DNA of 64,000 nucleotides from an uncultured Oscillibacter sp. (GTDB lineage: Bacteria; Bacillota; Clostridia; Oscillospirales; Oscillospiraceae), in contig CAJOHW010000028.1 in assembly GCA_905234565.1 (NCBI GenBank), positions 9,874 to 73,873 of the forward strand. The letters are read 5' to 3'. Position numbers and translations under genes: made by a program. Every line of letters begins with the position of its first letter. The stretch's first letter is position 1. Of this stretch, positions 62,113 through 64,000 are shown piece by piece. The notes below the pieces were generated by a model. It was given only the letters and a program-made list of their open reading frames with translations, was not told where the DNA came from and did not search any database.

Positions 62113-63537
62113 GTGATGACGATAACAGCTTGTATCCGCCGCGTGGCGGCGGCTCTGATAGGGACGGCGGCGCTTTTTTGCGGTGCCCGGGCGGCGGAGT
62201 ATGACGGTTTTCTTGTGAAACTGGACCCCGGCGCTTCCACCCTGGAGCGCCTGCCGGAAATGGAAGAAGTGGTGCCGGATCGGGGGCTGTGGAAGGCCGC
62301 CGCCTGGGATGACGTGGAGCGGCTGGCGGAGGCCGGGGTCCTGCGGGCGGTAGAGCCCAATACCCGGCTAACCCTGGGAGACCCTGCCGCGCAGCTGGCG
62401 GCCTGGGACGATGACGAGGACGATGAGGAAGAGGGCGAGGAGACGCCCTGGTACTTCCAAACCCTGGACATCCCCTACTGCCGCCAGTACGGCCTGACGG
62501 GCAAGGGCGTCCGGGTGGGGGTGCTGGACTCCGGATTGAACACCCGCCATGAGGAGTTCACCCGGGCCCGGGTGCTGACAGGGCTCAATTACTGCGCCGA
62601 ACCCGGAACCGCCCAGCGGGCAGATACCTCCGACGACAACGGCCATGGCACCCAGGTCGCCGGCATTCTGGCGGCGGCGGAGGACAACGGCGTCGGCTTT
62701 GCCGGGATTGCGCCGTCCATTGAACTGGTGCCCATGAAATGCTTCGACGCCAAGGGCAACGGGGATACCGCCGACATCGTGGCCGCCATCTACGGCGCGG
62801 TGGATCTGTTCCACTGCAAAGTTCTCAACATGAGCTTCAGCGATCCGGAGGACTCCGGCATCCTCCGGGAGGCCATCCAATACGCTGACGCGGCGGGGGT
62901 CATTCTGGCGGCGGCAGCCAGCAACATCATGGAACAGCGCACCGAACCGGATCCCATGATCTATCCCGCCTCCTATCCGGAGGCGGTCTCCGTGGGATCC
63001 CTGGATCCGGACGGCACGGCGTCCTACTTCTCCGCCCGGAATGAGAGCGTGTGGATCTGCGCCCCGGGCAGCGACATCACCACCCCCTCCGCCGGCGGAA
63101 AGGACGACTATGTCACCTGCTTCGGCACCTCCTGCTCCGCCCCCATCGTAGCGGGCACCGCCGCCCTGGCCTTACAGGCCTATCCCAACCTGACCCCGGC
63201 GGAGTTCCGCGCCCTTCTGCGTCAGACCGCCTTGGACCGGGGCGCTCCCGGATACGATATCACTTACGGATACGGCGCTCTCCACACCGGGGCGGTGCTG
63301 GCGGCGCTTCGGGGAGATATAGACGCCCAGGCCGCCGCCCTGTCCCAGCAGTTGGACGCCGATACCGCTTTCGCCGCCGCCTATGACGGGGAAGGAAAGC
63401 TCCTGTCCGTCCAGGCAGCGGGAGAAACCCTGGCGGTACCGGAGGAGGCCCGGCGCTGGAAACTGTTCCTCCTGCAAGAGGGCTGTCCGGTCCGGGCGCC
63501 GGTTGCCCTGCGGACAAAGAACGAGGGCGCGGTATGA
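62113..63537 (+). CDS. Secreted S8 (subtilisin-family) serine peptidase
   Basis: Signal peptide. Catalytic Asp VGVLDSG, His HGTQVAGIL, Ser GTSCSAPIVAG. Confidence 0.88.
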   Translation: MMTITACIRRVAAALIGTAALFCGARAAEYDGFLVKLDPGASTLERLPEMEEVVPDRGLWKAAAWDDVERLAEAGVLRAVEPNTRLTLGDPAAQLAAWDDDEDDEEEGEETPWYFQTLDIPYCRQYGLTGKGVRVGVLDSGLNTRHEEFTRARVLTGLNYCAEPGTAQRADTSDDNGHGTQVAGILAAAEDNGVGFAGIAPSIELVPMKCFDAKGNGDTADIVAAIYGAVDLFHCKVLNMSFSDPEDSGILREAIQYADAAGVILAAAASNIMEQRTEPDPMIYPASYPEAVSVGSLDPDGTASYFSARNESVWICAPGSDITTPSAGGKDDYVTCFGTSCSAPIVAGTAALALQAYPNLTPAEFRALLRQTALDRGAPGYDITYGYGALHTGAVLAALRGDIDAQAAALSQQLDADTAFAAAYDGEGKLLSVQAAGETLAVPEEARRWKLFLLQEGCPVRAPVALRTKNEGAV

Positions 63538-64000
63538 GAGGGGGAATCCGGCTGTGGGCGGCGCTGGCCTGGGTCTGGCTTTTGTATACCGGGACTCAGG
63601 CGGCGGAGTATGACGGCTTTTTGGTGAAACTGGATCCCGGCCCCCAGCCTTACGCCGTGGAAACCGCCTTTCCAAATTTGAGAGAAGTCGCGCCGGAACA
63701 GGGGCTGTGGCAGACGGGGGACCTGTCCGACGTGGAGCAAATGGTGGAGCGGGGGCTGCTGGAATACGCGGAACCCAATTACCGCGTTACCTTGGACGAT
63801 CCCGTGGAGGACCCGGCTCTCCGGGGGGCCAGAGTGCTGGACGTGTCGGAGTTTGGCTGGCACTGGTCCGCCATGGAGGCGGACTACGCCTGGGAACATG
63901 GCATCACGGGCCAGGGCGTCCGGGTGGGGGTCATCGACTCCGGCATCTACGCGGACCATGAGGACTTCGCCGGAGTGAAGATTGTGCCGGGGGTAAACTA
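63534..64000 (+). CDS. Second S8 serine peptidase paralog (partial; runs off the window)
   Basis: The ATG overlaps the upstream stop (ATGA). MRGGIRLWAALAWVWLLYTGTQAAEYDGFLVKLDPG... has the same propeptide start as the upstream gene. VRVGVIDSGI supplies the catalytic Asp. Confidence 0.75.
   Translation, partial: MRGGIRLWAALAWVWLLYTGTQAAEYDGFLVKLDPGPQPYAVETAFPNLREVAPEQGLWQTGDLSDVEQMVERGLLEYAEPNYRVTLDDPVEDPALRGARVLDVSEFGWHWSAMEADYAWEHGITGQGVRVGVIDSGIYADHEDFAGVKIVPGVN

Overview
This window comes from a high-GC chromosome. Hand-counted 100-nt samples of core genes give about 70% G+C. The organism looks like a spore-forming, flagellated, S-layer-bearing Firmicute of the Clostridia type, based on SpoVAC, RicT/YaaT, SLH proteins plus CsaB, and a Bacillus-like flgM-flgN-flgK-flgL-yviE-fliW-csrA order; the taxonomy is inference. 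I saw no rRNA, CRISPR array, integrase or transposase.

Content from left to right:
- An ABC-ATPase gene tail, followed by a GGDEF(degenerate)-EAL membrane protein.
- A UDG family-4 gene, an ohrR-flavodoxin-TSCPD operon, and a low-GC two-gene ATPase cassette.
- A membrane pyrophosphatase gene (hppA).
- A 14.8-kb co-directional minus-strand block: fliK-like, flhB-C-like, PilZ, then three very large surface proteins (SLH, FN3-like and Big_2 domains).
- cheA-cheW and cheR-cheB. The cheB 3' end is duplicated as a 99-bp perfect direct repeat around a low-GC AsnB-like gene.
- A late flagellar block (flgM through csrA, then fliD-fliS-fliT-like) with no flagellin gene. An orphan ParA gene plus a ComFB-domain gene sit where flagellin would be expected.
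- A degenerate FtsE-like / FtsA-like / lysine-rich membrane protein operon, an EAL-HDOD protein, an MCP, a TetR regulator, thioredoxin, SpoVAC and tRNA-Leu(CAA).
- ricT-holB-alaX and a cell-wall glycan cluster (O-antigen ligase-like, GT2, GT4, csaB), followed by two tandem S8 proteases.

Most noteworthy observations:
- The ATPase plus unknown-partner cassette is a candidate defence system.
- The ParA/ComFB pair may be a positioning module.
- The insertion in cheB is bounded by the 99-bp repeat.
- A previously unnamed interspersed and tandem repeat family has one copy that supplies the C-terminus and stop codon of the TetR gene.
- Two surface or membrane genes are apparently split by frameshifts.
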